A stretch of DNA of 59,875 nt, counting the filler, from Sphacelaria rigidula (lineage: Eukaryota), in assembly GCA_964200075.2 (NCBI GenBank). It is 7 parts of 7 records of this genome, joined end to end, with 100 filler letters (N's around TTAATTAATTAA, not from the genome) between each part and the next. Parts side by side here need not be neighbours in the genome. Positions count along the whole stretch, not along the records: positions 17,140 to 25,608 come from CAXNAA020011038.1; positions 25,709 to 34,176 come from CAXNAA020011039.1; positions 34,277 to 42,743 come from CAXNAA020011040.1; 4 more parts are not named here. One strand, given 5' to 3'. The notes beneath the pieces were generated by a model. The model did not search any database. It was not told the origin of the DNA and saw only the letters and a program-made list of their open reading frames with translations. Of this stretch, positions 24,401-37,200 are shown one piece after another. The number at the start of each line of letters is the position of its first letter. The stretch's first letter is position 1. Position numbers and translations under genes: made by a program.

Positions 24401-25496
24401 GTGATTTCATGGATGCAGACCTACCTTTTGGTGTAGTATAGACAATGCGACGGATATACTAATGATACAAGAATAAAAATATATCCTCACACAAACACTG
24501 TGGGACGGCATAATGATGACCGGGAAAATGAAACAAGATGAAAAGCTAAGAGCAAAAACATACCAGCTTGCGCCTGCGGGATCTTGCCCCCACCCGAACT
24601 CTTCGAGAGATTGCTGACATTTCCTCACATCGCTTTGCACATGTTGAAAGGGACGTGCAGTCCCGTCGCTGTAAAAACCCGTGGCAAACACTTGAACGTC
24701 CCATCGCCCCGCCCCCTTTTTTGTTGGAGGTGTCTCTAATAGGAGAAGGGGCGGTGCCCCGTCTCGCGCAGGATGTGTGCTCAACGATGAAAAATAATGG
24801 GATTTCTATACTGTAGCAATAAATGAGTCCGCCCCTACCCCCTTCCTTGATTCCCGTAGAAAACCAAACAGAAGAGCCGAGAAACTAATCCGTGGATGAG
24901 AGGATGGATGCACTACTCAGCTGCGCTGTGACTAATTTGTCCTGGTTTGGCGTACTTGTATTGATTTGTGTGTGCCATCTTTTTCCCTCCCTCACTTCCG
25001 CGCGCATGTGGTTTTGGGTTGCTTGCAACAGGAGGAAGGGCTCTCGGAAAAGAAGAAGAAAAAGAAGGACAAAAGTGCGAAAAAAGCGGCCAAGAGGGCG
25101 CAACCCGAAGACGATAGCTCGGGCGGTGAAGGGAACGGTGTGCACATCAAGAGCGAGTTTGACGGCGATGCTGAAAACGGCTCCTCCAAGAAGAAGAAGA
25201 AGAAGAGAAAATCGGAGGGAGGGGATGCGAGTGCAGTGGCAGAAGCGGCGACGGCGGCAGCAGCAGAAGTAGATGGTTCCGGGAAGAAAAAGAAAAAGAA
25301 GCGAAGATCTGTGGGTGGTGAGGGTAACGCAGATGGAGAAGATGAAGCTGCGGCGGCGATCGATGAAAATGGAGCGAGCTCTAGCTCCAAGAAGAAGAAA
25401 AAGAAGAAGCGAAGAGCGGACGATGAGGATGGAGATGAGAATGGTGAGGGCGAGGAGGTGAAGCTTGAAGCAGAAGCTGTTGGGACGCCGAGCTCG
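18489..25496 (+). CDS. NOP58: Nucleolar protein 58 (box C/D snoRNP core), partial; exons 18489-18590, 19661-19753, 20467-20682, 21389-21562, 22428-22499, 24055-24138, 25032-25496
   Basis: All exons splice in phase 0: [10 protein letters not shown].. / [15 protein letters not shown] / [58 protein letters not shown] / [33 protein letters not shown] (NOP58-type, not NOP56) / VEMRLRQL.. / Lys-rich tail; 5' and 3' exons lie outside the contig. Confidence 0.95.
19135..19302. mobile_element. CACCCTGGACAA-type hairpin MITE, diverged copy in a NOP58 intron
   Basis: Colinear with 23196-23370; whole element is an imperfect palindrome. Confidence 0.75.
19454..19551. mobile_element. piggyBac-type MITE copy in a NOP58 intron
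   Basis: GTAA-CCCTTGAACCGCGAG...CGCGGTCTGAGGG-TTAA, 98 bp. Confidence 0.8.
21586..21843. repeat. Degenerate tandem repeat, about 85-90 bp x3, just after the NOP58 exon ending at 21562
   Basis: GTCCGGT...CGTG(C/T)C(G/A)CA(C/T)AC...AACTGTTC repeated. Confidence 0.6.
23196..23370. mobile_element. 175-bp hairpin MITE with CACCCTGGACAA termini (CMC/EnSpm-like)
   Basis: About 80-bp arms, CACCCTGGACAA...TTGTCCAGGGTG, with a short central loop. Confidence 0.85.
23513..23610. mobile_element. piggyBac-type MITE, diverged copy
   Basis: GGCGAGAGTAGGCCATG..TTGAATCAGCATCAATTTCACTTGAA core. Confidence 0.55.
23715..23961. mobile_element. CMC-like MITE with perfect 13-bp TIR and internal 43-bp tandem repeats
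   Basis: CACGTCGGACGAG...CTCGTCCGACGTG; GCTCGTTGT(N)AAAAAA...CGAGCAC.CGAGTC x3-4. Confidence 0.8.
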
Positions 25497-25608
25497 GTGA
25501 GTTTTGTGTCGCTTCCCCCCCCCCCCCCCCCCCCCCCCCCCGCCCCCGCCGCCCGGCCCGGCCCCGCGCCCCCCCAGCCCCCCGGGGCGCGGAAGCGCAA
25601 AAAACCCC

Positions 25609-25708
25609 NNNNNNNNNNNNNNNNNNNNNNNNNNNNNNNNNNNNNNNNNNNNTTAATTAATTAANNNNNNNNNNNNNNNNNNNNNNNNNNNNNNNNNNNN
25701 NNNNNNNN
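25609..25708. other. Artificial contig linker
   Basis: N44-TTAATTAATTAA-N44. Confidence 0.99.
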
Positions 25709-26510
25709 CTATAATTTCACCGAACATGACGTGTTTCGGTATCCGTCCGGGTGACATGCGCGTGACGAAACCGGCAAAATGGAGTCTCCTCTTCCTCACC
25801 GTCGTCTCGATGCTTTCACACCCTGACCTCGCGAGGGTCACTCGGTATGACAGAACGTGGTTTGTGCGATTGCGCTTGTGCCATCCAAGAGAGCGCCTGA
25901 GCAACGCATGGTGGGCCGTGCGCAGTGTACTGTAGTGACCGCTGAGAGGGGTCCATGTGACGCACCCGTACAGGAGTGCTTCGATAGCCTCGGCTTTGAT
26001 CATGCGGACCTTGAGGTGGACGGCCGCGTTCGGTCGATTGTACAGTTGGACTTTGTACTTATGGTAGCTCGACCACGCCCCTCGTACGCGTTTGTTGATT
26101 TCCACCGAGAGGTCGCCACTCTCCGTAATCGACCCCCCCAGGTGAACAAAGTTGTCCGTTTGTTCGTATACCTGACCAGCCGCATTGATGTCGAGGTGCC
26201 CCGCCTGTGAGAGCAGTCGCATGGCCTTCGTCTTTGCTTCCGACACCGTCAACCCGAACTCTCCGCAGATCGTCACAATCACAGTCATCATCTTCTCGAG
26301 GCTCGATGGTGTCCGCGAGACGATGCAGGCGTCATCGGCGTACAGCATGCTCCATAGCAACCGTTCCTCTTCCGCTGCTATTGATGTGGCCACATCTGGC
26401 TCGACCCATGCTACAGCACATTCCTGGTGGAAATCCCCCTTTTCGCGCTTCCGGACTCGCACCAGGTCCCCCGAGATGTCAGGGTCATCGCGGAAGACTG
26501 CCAGGGCCAC
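25709..26510 (-). mobile_element. 5'-truncated non-LTR retrotransposon (LINE, RTE-like) RT C-terminal half
   Basis: LWSMLYADDACIV, FGLTVSEAKTKAM, FVHLGGSI, LLYGCVTW, RKRRLHFAGFVTRM..RIPKHVMFGE; runs into the gap. Confidence 0.92.
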
Positions 26511-28281
26511 ATAACATCATCCTGGTGACTGTCTTGCACTCTTCTGTTTATTGCTTATGCGGAGTCTATACTTATATTTACCGCCACATGCGGCCTGCCG
26601 TCTGTACATCATCCCTGCGCTGCCGCATAGCTCCACTATTGTGTTCGCATATTGAATTGGCATGATTGGACTTGATATATAAACGCAGGGACCAGATGAC
26701 CCACCGTGGAGGCCCAATAAGGGTACATTTTAGACCTGGCGGCAGAAGGGGGTGACGCTCTCCAAAGGTTTGGTGTAATTTGATCATTGTGATACGAAAG
26801 GGAAGGAACGCAGGGGTGGGAAAGATAGGATGGCACCGCACTGTACCATACAGCGTTTTGTACTGCTGTTGTACTCTATGTTTTAGTTCGGCGTTGTCTA
26901 CAGTCACCCTAAGGGTGGGTCATCTGCATCAGCAAAGCTTCTACTCGAGATATGATTGATCATGCACGTACAGATAGTACGCCCGTGAGCAATACACCCG
27001 CGGCGGTGTGTGTGATGTGCGAACGCCTTTTGGGGTTCTCTCAAAACCGACCGGGGGAACTCTTGTTTCCGACTGGCTAGCTTGATTTGTCGATCAGAAA
27101 GCGCCGGGACGCATTTTGGGAAAAAATATCCCAGTATGTTTGCGAGCGATTCCCCTCTCTGACTGTACTGCGCTGCTTGTACCGTACACTCAACTTTACT
27201 GTGTGTACAGTACTATCCTGCGCCGTACGGCCTGTACTGTCTACTCCCCTGGTTGTAATGCTCGGTGTACTCTGTTATGCTGCGTGCACTGTTATGGGTG
27301 TGAACAGGTCACATTACGACCAAAAACCGTGGGCAAAAACCAAATAAAAAAACGAGGAATACTGAAGACGTCATGGACTCTTCGGACCTGTGCCGAACCT
27401 CTGCCGAACAGAACACACTCTCCATCCCAAGTTACCTAGGTTTAGTATGCCACAGCTGTAATTTTCCCATCGCCTCGTCCTCGAGACAGGAAGCAAACCG
27501 GCCTGTGGCACCTCACAGCCCCTCGCACACACACTCGATCTGGTGATCTGCGGGGTGGATTTGCTAAAAATATCGCTGCAGCGGACCCGGGAAGCCCTAA
27601 AACGTTGAAGGAAACGCATTTTTAATTACATTTAGGCGGTTTGCAGCGTGCCAAGGCCTCTGCGCCACGCGTTCCGGAAATCCGCCCCATCAGTCACTAG
27701 TTCTGGTATGTGGGGAGCGCACGCATCAAGCCGCATTCAACCCTCTGCTTGGTTGCCGAGAAAACCGCATTGAAAGATGGGCACAACAACACACTACAAC
27801 AAGATGGGCACAACACCAACACGAGCAGCAGTTTATATCCTTCTGTTGATGTAACCCTGCGTACAGGTGCACAACAACGTCAGTCACAGGTTTGCTGTAG
27901 AATGTACTAAAATTATGGTACATTTGTTATGAGCGTGATCGTCATTTCGAGGTGACGCGTGTGCTTGAGATTGATACTGATTGACTCTTGTAGGCTTCAT
28001 TTCTTCTGCATACTGTACGGTTGGTCGTTGTTCATTTCCCGATATAAAGTACCCAAAATCAAGCCCCGTTCACGGACACAACTATAATGTTCGTTTTGTG
28101 CTGTACTGTGCTGGTGCTTTTAGGGGGCTTTGTATATTATACGACGATATCGTTTCGACATCAACACGCTGTCGCTTGTTGAGTTTGACATCAAAATGAC
28201 TGAGGTATGGGATGCCATGTCCCAATCCCTGTTGAGTCAGGATAGAAGGGACATCAACAGTAAAAACACACGGGACATCTT

Positions 28282-31200
28282 TGTGTGGAAGACACCTCTT
28301 TGCAGTGATGCATCAAATATTGATGCAACACATGTATGAAGAGCCAGCGCATGCAGGTACAAGGTAGGAACGGTCCGAAAGGGCCAGAATACCGTCACCC
28401 TGTAAGGCCAAGGATACTAGACAAATCGGGATAATGCCAGGAAGAGCCCAAAATCAGGGTGGCAGAACATCCCCCCGGGTAAAAGGTGCACCTCACGGTG
28501 CATCAGTTCTACTTCTAAGTCTCATCCCGTCCTTGCCTACATTACACAAGAGTAAATCATCGCCAGCCTCGGAGTTCCTTCGACATCTGGACGACAGCTT
28601 TCACGACAGTCTTACCCGTAGGTCTCTATCTACCCTAGCGATACGCCTTCCTCATATTTGGCGACACCAGAAAAGACCTCACGCGAGACAGACCGTAGAG
28701 TAAAAACAAGCACGAGAACCGATTGCTCCAACGCCAGAAGCACCAGGGTTCCCCAAGAAACGCTACAGCAAGTGAAACGTATGGATCATGTGCACAACTA
28801 TTTGAAGTTGAAGGTTATAGGGGTCGTGTGTCTGGGACAACGCGAAATTAGCCTGCTTAGCGTGCATTCAATGTCACCCGCATGGGTAATCAAACAGCGA
28901 AACGCGAACCTAGCATCCTCAGCGTGATTATTATGTCACCTGCATGGCCAGTCAAACAGCGAAACGCGAGATTAGACTCCTCAGCGTGCACTGCATGTCA
29001 CCAGCATGGCTAATCAAACAGCGAAGCCGCACTCATCAACTCACCTCCCACCACCATAGTGCAAGAGGCACGGAAATCAATCAAGCAGGCCGACCTCGGG
29101 AAACGCGGCGACTTAGAATAGCCCTGGCAAAAATTCTACCTGACCTGCGAATGAACTACCATGCCCTACCATCTCGCAAGCGAAAGAAGGACGTGTATTG
29201 GACGGTCCTGCCTCATCTCACCTCACAAGTTGAGAGGAGTCGAAAACTGCAGATAGTTCGATATTTCACGTTTCAGTATGCATGAAATAGAGGAAAAGTG
29301 CTAACCCTCTGGTTGAGAAGCGGGTTTTCTAGTCAGTACAGTAACTCATCCGGTGGGGCACCAAAACAGCCCCAGTTGTGCCCTGAAAGTACATGTGAGA
29401 ATAAGACAGAAACTGCAGAAGAGGACACTTGGAGTTAGTCCCAAAGCCGCCTTTATTACAGCCGTCGAAAAAGCGATGTACCGGACAGGTGTCCAATATC
29501 GTCGAAAATGAAGCTCAACTTGTTGAGACTCGTATCATGTTACATTCTGCGCGGTGCCCCAAGGAATCGGTAACTTTACATTCCACGTTGACACATGTTC
29601 AACCTGCCGATAAACTAACAACAATTTTATAAGCAGTGGCTGTTCATTCCAAATCGGAACTGCCCATAATCACTCTCAAAGATCATCCGATCACGTCTAG
29701 TTTAGATGTAGCACCTGAATATTGAGATCTGGTACATCTTTCAAAGAAAGAAGCGGCGAAACAATTGTCTAAACTCTGGAAAACCGAACATGATGAAGCC
29801 TTCGGAATGATTAAACAATTAGTGACCGAGGCACCGTTCTTCATTTTCCAGATTTTACTGAAGGCTGTACGATGAACGTCGATACGTCAGACCGAGGTGC
29901 GGTAGAGTACCTGTCCCAGAAGGACAACGTTTGAACGACGCTCAATCTCGCTACTCACCCACCATGAAAGAATGTTATGCCGTCGTGCGAGTCATTCACC
30001 ATTTCAGAACTTTCTTATGGGGCCGTCACTTTACGTGTATAGCAGCTCTTCGATACCTATATGCAATGCAAGATACGAGCAACATGTTGACCCGTGGGGC
30101 GATCGCTTTACAATCATATCACTTCACGGTCAGACCCACAACGGGGAAATTTCGTGTCATTCCGGACACCCTCTCACGAGTATTCTTTTTCGAAACGCGA
30201 CAAGAGGCTGAAATCAAACCGGCCCTTACACCAATATGTCGCGATGTACCAGAAGACCCCGCGTTGCAAACAGCCAAACCACAACACCAGTTTCAAATAT
30301 CGGCCGAGAAGCTCGACAACTCAAATCGGTACAAGGTGACAAGAGAGCTTTTCACGGCGGAATCAGTCTACGCGAGCGCCACAAACGTTTTCATGTCAGC
30401 TGACCGCGACAAATTGCAAAAAGAGCAAGCACTTGCGCTCACACCCCACATCGAGTATATCATCGAATAAAACACACCAACTCAAGAAAAATAGTCCATT
30501 ACATCCCTGTCATACCTTTTAGTTCAAGACGGGTTCTATTCAAATCGCATCTATTCGGACATATGAAAAAACGAAGTACATTCCGTGACCAGCTTGTGTT
30601 ACCCAAGACCTTGGACTTTGTGCTACACTCATATCACGACTACGCGCTGTCCAGAGGCCATGCGGGTTTCAAGCAAACTTACGACAAGATCCGCCAGAAG
30701 TATTGGTGGCCGTCGATGAACCGCAATATAAAGGATTGGTGCCTTAAATTCAAGGTTGCCAACGCCGCTAAAGGGCCCACAACCGGCTCAAATTGTCGAT
30801 GGGACACCTGATGGTAGAACGGTGATACAAAAGAGTGTCGGTAGACCTGCTTGAGAATAAAGCATCTTCGATGTCAAACGCTGGAGTAGTATGTAAATAT
30901 TCCCTGTGCACAACGGACCATCCCATTAAGTATGCTCTGCTCACTCCAGTGCCGAATAACGAAGCGACGTCAATAGCCAAAAGTCTCATCGATAGAGCGT
31001 TCACTACATTCGGCATTCCGGAATCGCTGCATTCCGACCAAGGAGCTGAATTTGACAACAAGCTGATATACGCCCTGCAAAAGAGCTGGGTTTCAGTGAA
31101 ACTCGTACGACACCGTTACGCCCGCAAGGTAATTCAGTGTCGGAACGGGTCCACTCCACTATGCACGCAATGTTAGCTATGCCATATGTCAGTTGGACAC

Positions 31201-33030
31201 AAAAAATGGGGATCCATGCTTCTGTTCGTGCAAATGGCGTACAATATGTCGTATCATTACACCGTACATGAGACACCGTACGTTTTGATGTTCGGAAGAC
31301 AGCCCAGATTGCCAGTTGACATCATCCTAGGCATCCCGGAAGGACCCCAAAAGCAGCAACACCGGAAGAATTTTCAAAAGAAACACGGGAAAATTGCAGT
31401 TGAAGTCGTTCTCAGTGTTTGAAACCGATCAAAAAAGCATTCCTTTATCAACCGCACACAGACTCGGAAGGTGCGAATCCGAAACTGCAATCACCATGGA
31501 GGGGACCCTCCACTATAAGTGAGAGGTTATCGCCATTTGTTCACACAATCAAATTGGGCGACAACTCTAAGGAAGTGTCGGTACCTTTCGCTCACTTGAA
31601 GGAATATCGCTCCAGATAGACACCCCCAGCACCAGATTTCGATAAGTTGAGCGAGCTGTTTCAAGGCAAACGGATACCTGTACCAGAGCTTGACCAATCA
31701 GACGAAGCGTTCCCTGAAATAGAGCGTGACGTGGTAGAAAAAGTGGTTGAAAACGCTCCAGGACCAGGTCGGAGAAAGTCTTCATACCTATGAATATCGA
31801 TTGAGACTCAAAGGCTACCGTCCAGCAGCCGACCAAACCTACCGGGCCGATAGAGTACCGCAATGTTAACATATCATCGATACGTACCGTCATGCGAGGC
31901 GTTAGCAGAGTACTCACGACCAGATCCGAGAACAAATACCAGGAAACGGAAACGAAAGTGACTGTTCAACATATTATTCCAGCGTCGTAGCAACACGCTC
32001 ACGGGTTGGACAGTGGCCCAAAGTTACAATTCGGCAATCAATGAGAATTACGCATAAAAACGACGCTAGAACAACACAGACATGAACGGAATAACATCTG
32101 ACATGTCAGCGGTGAGGAAGGCATAACTCCGCCAGGAAGGTAGCCCTTCAGCAATAGGGGTAGTTGCTGACAAGAAGCAAGGATCATTTCGATGATGTTT
32201 CGCCAAAGAGCACAATGTTTACAGGAAACGAAACGTCATACCCATCGCTCTGTTACTAAGGTGAGGACTTCGTCCTCCTCAGGCGTCCGCGGATCCGGAA
32301 GGCATCCCAGAACCCCAGCATAAGAGACCCAGGGATCCGTTGATTGAAAAGCGTCCCATTACCCAGTCATGTACAACCAGCAGATACAACCAGCATCGAA
32401 CTGCAAATGTATCTCATGGAAATATTTCACACATGATAGATACATGACCGAAAACACCGAAATCAAAGGGTTTGCAAATGCATGCAATGTCAATGACCAC
32501 GGGTAGGTACAATTTACCGGAGGTGTTGATGAACGCCACAGCATAGAGAAAGGCTACCTTTGCGATTAGCAGTGGCGTGACTCAATCAATGGCTTCACTC
32601 AAAGAGGCTCCCACGATTATATAATCAGCGAAGCCGATGATCGCCTCGTCCCATCAGCCACAGTCCTGATGGGCTCGAGGCGCATAAAGGGTGGGGAGGG
32701 GTGTGTGTCGAAGAGACCTCTTTGCAGTGATGCATCAAAGATTGATGCAACACATGTATGAAGAGCCAGCGCGTACAGGTACAAGGTAGGAACGGTCCGA
32801 AAGGACCAGAATACCGTCATCCTGTAAGGCCAAAGATACTAGACAACTCGAGGTGGTGCCAGGAAGAGTCTGAAATCAGGGTGGCCGAACATCCCCCGAG
32901 GAAAAGGGTACGCCTCGTGGTGCATCATTTCTACGTTCAAGTCTGATCCCCTTCCTTGACTACATTACACAATAGGAAATCATCGTGAGCCTAGAAGTTC
33001 TCCATCTCCCCTAGCGATACGCCTTCCTCA
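28282..33030 (+). mobile_element. Ty3/gypsy LTR retrotransposon with integrase chromodomain, internally deleted and decayed
   Basis: LTRs about 28282-28654 and 32702-33030 (TG...CA), PBS TGGCGACACCAG at 28659, PPT AAAGGGTGGGGAGGGG before the 3' LTR; RNase H (YSPTMKECYAV..IPDTLSR), zinc-binding region (HDY..GHAG..YWWPSM), integrase core (LHSDQGAEF), GPY/F (KLQSPWRGP). Confidence 0.92.
28839..29024. repeat. About 61-bp tandem repeat x3 in the gypsy 5' region
   Basis: AACGCGA..TAG...TCAGCGTG....ATGTCACC.GCATGG....TCAAACAGCGA repeated. Confidence 0.8.
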
Positions 33031-33378
33031 TACGTGCCTTTTCCAGTGCATTTTGTTTTTGCTTTTTCTTGCTGGCCATTGAGTAGGGAGAGGATGGAAG
33101 CTACTAACTGCTGAATCCGATGCACCCCTCCCTCCGAGGCGGTGGGCGGTTTCATCTGGCGCCCTTTCTGGTTTGCCTAGTTCACGCATACGCATAGCTG
33201 TTCTCTCAGAGGCCCAAGGATATATATATATTTTTTTCTCCCCACCTTTTTTGTTATTGTTTTGTTTGGTTTTGTTTTTCTTGTATCGCGTCTGCGTGAA
33301 TTTTTCGTGGGTCCGATTTTATTTCCTGATTTTCCTTTTACCTTAACATGGGGTGGTAGCCTGTGACCNNNNNNNNNN

Positions 33379-33472
33379 TCACCACGGAAGACGTCCGAGT
33401 CAGATGCCCAGTACAGCACTGCGCAGATACCGGAACGACTTTTCAATGTGAAGACAACAACAACAACAACAA
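33379..33472 (+). mobile_element. 3' end of a non-LTR repeat with (CAA)n tail
   Basis: ...GTGAAGACAACAACAACAACAACAA after a small N gap. Confidence 0.4.
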
Positions 33473-34176
33473 TTGTTCGCGTGGACTTTACGGTTCAACC
33501 AAGCTATCTTTTGTTGAATTTGACGTCTAAACACTGGAGATATGGCATATCATATTTGAATGCCTGAACCAGGGTTAGAGGGACATCAAGAGGATGAAAT
33601 CACGGAATGTCCCTCAACCATTTTGGGACTGGGCCTCCAGAACGACCAATGAGGCTGATTAGGAATGATGTGTCCTGCATATGCATGAAACAGTGGCTTA
33701 TATGTTGTTAAAAATCCACATATGTAACTGCAGGGTTCGAGGAAGACCGAAAGTTTTATTCAATCCATTTTCAGGTGCAGGTACACGCTGTACTGTTATT
33801 CGGGTGTTGTGCGCATCAGGTAATGTACAGATGTATCAAGCGGTATGAGTCGCCGTGGAGAGCTTTCAACAGGATGTGGCGACCGCCACCAGCCACTTGT
33901 TGCCATCACCTTCTTATACGGCCCTTTGTGGTCGGGGTGGGCTCCGATTTCCCTCTTCGTGGCAAGCAGAAAATTATCTCCGAACGGCATGGGCGTTGCG
34001 CCGCACATACAGTACAGGGCGCCTCTTCGAATGCAGCAGCAGCTGCCGTTACATACTCCCTCACACGTTCTGGGCGGCTCTTCGCCACGGTGATACAGCT
34101 TGTTCGTTGCCGTCGATTACATAGGACCCCACCGCCGCTTGTACTGCCTCGACAGACGGATACGCAGAACTCATGC

Positions 34177-34276
34177 NNNNNNNNNNNNNNNNNNNNNNNN
34201 NNNNNNNNNNNNNNNNNNNNTTAATTAATTAANNNNNNNNNNNNNNNNNNNNNNNNNNNNNNNNNNNNNNNNNNNN
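34177..34276. other. Artificial contig linker
   Basis: N44-TTAATTAATTAA-N44. Confidence 0.99.
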
Positions 34277-37200
34277 GAGCACCAAGTGTGCGAGCCTACC
34301 GATCAGCTAATGAACTTCCAGAACTTCCACACGTCTAGAACACTCGCGGGATATTACAACCGATAACTCCCGATTAATCCCCCGACAACTTGTTCTGGAA
34401 ACATAATGTACCGAGACTATTTCTGGAACACTCAAATGATTTTTTACTTGTTTACGATAACCTACGATAGATAGTAGTCGTTACCAATGACTGACATTGA
34501 ATATTTCAACACTCCCCCTCAATGGTGAGTCATCTCAAAGGAAAGTTATCCAAAGGAGGAATATCTTGACGCAAAAAAACAATTACGCAATATATTTTAC
34601 TCCCACCTGCGACCAACAGCGATCGAACAAAGATATCTCACGCTTCCGTCTGTAGCATGTACCGTAGATGAAGCAAATGAAAAGAACGCAAGAATGCTGT
34701 CTACAAGAAGTCAACAATTTTAGCCTAGATATTCAAGCTACTCAGGAAATGCGAAAAGTATGCACAAATCTTCTGAGGTTGCTACTCCGGACAAGATGTA
34801 CAGAAGAGTCCGCCCGGACTATCCCATGGCGATGGTGAGGAGCCCGATCCTTAAGGTTTAGCGTCGTCACTTAAACTGGAGGATTTGCCGCATGAGGCTG
34901 TCTTGTACCTCGCGGACGCAGTACTTGGTGCAAAGGTCGGCCAACATGTGGCGGCCTGGAACGAAGATTAGCTTGATGATGCCTTGACGTATCCATTCGC
35001 GGAGTGCGACGAAGCGGACGGCGATGTGCCGCGACCTCTGGCTGAAGTTCGCCCCCGAAGCTAGGGTCAGGGAGCTCCGGTTGTCCGCATGCAGGGTGAA
35101 GGTGGGTTGCCGTGACCATCCTAGCTCCCCCAGCATAGAAGAGAAGTAGAGCCCGTGCTTGGCGGTGCTGTTCATTGCGATGAGCTCCGCCTCCGATGTC
35201 GATTGTGCGTTTATGCGCTGAACTTGACTGCCGAAGTGAATGAGCCCTCCACTCAGAAAAACCATTGATCCGGTGATGGATTTGCTTGATGGTCCAAATG
35301 CGTAGGAGGCGTCGCTGTAGCAGGGAATGCTGAAGTCGCTGGCGCGCCTGTAGGTAATGATGAGACCTGGGTTGCGCTTGAGGTACCGAGTAATCCTTTT
35401 GGCGCTAGCTGCGCTCGCAGTGGTCGGACTTGACATGTGTCGTGCTACCTGCATGACGGCATGCGCGATGTCGAATCTTGTGCATTTCACCAGGAAGATG
35501 AGGCTTCCCACCAGGCTCTGGTAGTCCTTTTTCTCGCTGGCGGAAAGAAGTGCAGATTCACCAATTGCGTTGTTGAGCTCGGCTCCTGTCCCTGGAGCGT
35601 GCGAGGGATTGCACGTATCCATGTCATAACGCTTGAGCACAGACATGGTGTAGTTCTCCTGGCTGAGGCTTATTGTGCCGTTTTCCAGGTGTTGATGAAT
35701 GTCGATGCCGAGAATCTGAGTCGCATGACCAAGATCAGTCATCTTGAATGATCGCTGAAGTTCCTGATGCACTTGGTGCAGCACGTCGGTAGAAGGGCCC
35801 GGGAGAAGAATGTCGTCGACGAAGAGTGTCAGCATGCAGTAGGTGCCTCCGCTGTCCTTGGTGTAGACACAGGGGTCAGATGCTGTAGGTGTGAACCCTT
35901 TCGTGCGCAGGTCCTTGTCGATTATTGAGTTCCAAACGCTCGGAGATTGACTCAGCCCGTACAAGCTCTTGCGCAGACGCCAAACCAGCTGCTTGCCAGT
36001 GGTGCTGTCGAACCCTGGCGCCTGAAAAGTGTACACCACTTCGGAGAGGGTACCGTTTAGGAACGCTGTCTGCACGTCCATGGCGATGACCGGGAAGTTC
36101 TGGGCAGCCGCTTTCGCCAATAGAAGTCTTTGGCTTCCAATCCTGCACACCGGTGCAAATGTGGTGAAGCAGTCTATGCCGTGCTGTTGCGCCCAGCCCT
36201 GAACGACGACTCTTGCCTTGAACCGCCCATCCGTTTTGATCCGATAAACACAGCGCGTGCCGATGATGGAGCAACCGGCGGGTACGGAATCGAACGGGAC
36301 GAGATCCGCCACCTCGTGGTCGGCCAGGCTGTCCATTTCTTTGTCCATGGCCTTTTTCCATTCCGCTGCCTGGGGTGAGTCCATGGTCTGCTTGTTGGTC
36401 TTTGGCACTTGGATTGCTGCAGGAGGAAGAACTTGATCGATACCCACTGCTCCAATGTACGAGGTCACTGAGTCCAGCATCGCTTGAGATGAATCTTCCT
36501 GCGCGAAGTTGAGATGTCGTAGCGCCCGATCTTGTGGTGGACCATTCATCTCTGTTTGGAAAGGATCAACGGATCCGGATGGACGCAGTCGTCGGGTAGA
36601 ACCCAGTGGTTCCTTGAAGCGCTGTTCCTGTCGGTTGTTGATATCGGGACCTTCGCCGTTGTCCTTGTTGGAATCTAGAAATGTAATTCCGTTGTGGATT
36701 TGCTCCAGATCCGCCGTGTCGACTGATGACTCTTCTTCTTCACTATCCGGAAGATTGGTACAGCTCAGGGGTTCCGGAACCGGCTCGATGAAGGTGACAT
36801 TCCGGGAGGTTGTAATGCGTCCCGTAGCCCGATCGTAGATTCGATAGGTTGGGCTGTCGTCGCTGTAGCCAACCAAAACACCTTACTACGCTTTTGGCTG
36901 CAGCTTGGTGGTATGACCGTCGACGTGGACGAAGGCTCTGGAGCCGATGATCCGAAGAAAGGAAAGGTTTGCCTGCTTGCCGAACATGCGATGGTAGGGC
37001 GTGTCCCCTTGTAGAGCCTTGTGTGGTAGGAGGTTTATGAAGAATACCGCAGTTCCCGCAACCTCCCCCCATAGGTGCTTAGGCAGACCCGCTTCGTTCA
37101 GGAGGCAGCGGGTCATGTCCATGATGGTCCGCCCGTCGCGCTCCAATATGCCGTTTTGTTGCGGCGTGTGCGGGCAGCTGAACTGCTGTATGATCCCAGT

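Noticed and set aside
24513..24617. ATGATGA...CTGA pair in the last complete NOP58 intron
   Set aside because: No terminal stem or recognisable guide; such motifs occur by chance
4192..25496. Apparent RNA-processing gene cluster (LSM6 and NOP58)
   Set aside because: The genes are on different contigs joined by artificial linkers
24992..25600. 202-aa minus-strand ORF with poly-Phe
   Set aside because: Antisense shadow of the Lys-rich NOP58 exon
25497..25608. Poly-Pro extension of the NOP58 ORF
   Set aside because: Lies after a GTGAGT donor in a low-complexity C-run at the contig end
33775..33819. Short AG/GT-bounded exon candidate (VQVHAVLLFGCCAHQ)
   Set aside because: No recognisable domain or partner exons
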